From Chrysomallon squamiferum (Eukaryota; Animalia; Mollusca): a stretch of 64,000 nt of DNA. A model generated the notes under the pieces. The model was given only the letters and a program-made list of their open reading frames with translations, did no database searches and was not told where the DNA came from. Of the stretch, positions 63,384 through 64,000 are shown piece after piece; position 1 is the stretch's first letter, and the number at the start of each line of letters is the position of its first letter. Location: contig CM022679.1 in the NCBI GenBank assembly GCA_012295275.1, forward strand, positions 3,410,001-3,474,000. The letters are read 5' to 3'. Both the position numbers and the translations under genes were made by a program.

Positions 63384-63570
63384 CAGTGGTACCTCGACTT
63401 ACGAGTGCCCCAACTTACGAGTTTTTCGAGTTACGAGCAGTCTCCTAGTCGAGTCCTTACTTTGAGTTGCGAGCTAAAATCCGAGTTACGAGCGAGCTTC
63501 AAATACGCAGTCGCTAATTTCAGTTGAAAAAATACGATCTCGATCACGGAACGAATTAAAGTCGTAAGTC
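63384..63570 (+). mobile_element. Tigger/pogo-type non-autonomous element (MITE) with truncated right end
   Basis: The left end is TA|CAGTGGTACCTCGACTTACGAG, followed by subterminal repeats (A/G)(C/G)TTACGAG. The right end ...GGAACGAATTAAAGTCGTAAGTC is a partial inverted copy of GACTTACGA. Confidence 0.7.
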
Positions 63571-63589
63571 AAACAAAGAAGAAGAAGAA

Positions 63590-63633
63590 ACCTCCCTCCC
63601 CCTCCCCCCTCTCTCTCTCTCTCTCAAACACAC

Positions 63634-63724
<91 letters not shown>

Positions 63725-63766
63725 AAACGCAAACAACACACAAAGAAGAACAAAAAAAAAAAAAAA

Positions 63767-63839
<73 letters not shown>

Positions 63840-63855
63840 AACACACACACAAACA

Positions 63856-63916
<61 letters not shown>

Positions 63917-63918
63917 TT

Positions 63919-63965
<47 letters not shown>
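63590..63965. repeat. (CT)n/(CA)n compound microsatellite
   Basis: Visible runs. Confidence 0.9.
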
Positions 63966-63966
<1 letters not shown>

Positions 63967-64000
63967 GAAGAACAGGAAACCTTTCTCTTTCATACCCACT

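Noticed and set aside
63384-63500. CRISPR-like short repeats (TTACGAG)
   Set aside because: The context is eukaryotic and the spacing irregular; transposon subterminal repeats explain them.

Overview
This is an AT-rich, microsatellite-dense, intron-containing animal genome window, probably an invertebrate and plausibly a mollusc (inference). Seven protein-coding genes were assembled by hand with GT-AG junctions and consistent intron phases. (1) The 5' part of a KAT6A/B (MOZ/MORF) histone acetyltransferase on the minus strand, running off the left end. (2) A ~1700-aa NWD1/NWD2-like DUF4062-NACHT-WD40 STAND protein (+). (3) An SLC5A7-like choline transporter (+). (4) A secreted GH18 chitinase with two C-terminal CBM14 domains (-). 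(5-7) A divergently oriented tandem array of three small secreted genes (+), each a signal peptide plus two CBM14 domains, with traces of a fourth deleted copy. A decayed full-length Tc1 (DD34E) element and two Tigger/pogo relics lie in or beside the array. The array is the most notable feature. Its genes look like catalytic-domain-less derivatives of the adjacent chitinase. Their CBM14 exons differ far more between copies than the near-identical flanking introns and promoters do, mostly by amino-acid changes, which suggests diversifying selection plus gene conversion. All counts are manual; no database searches were run.
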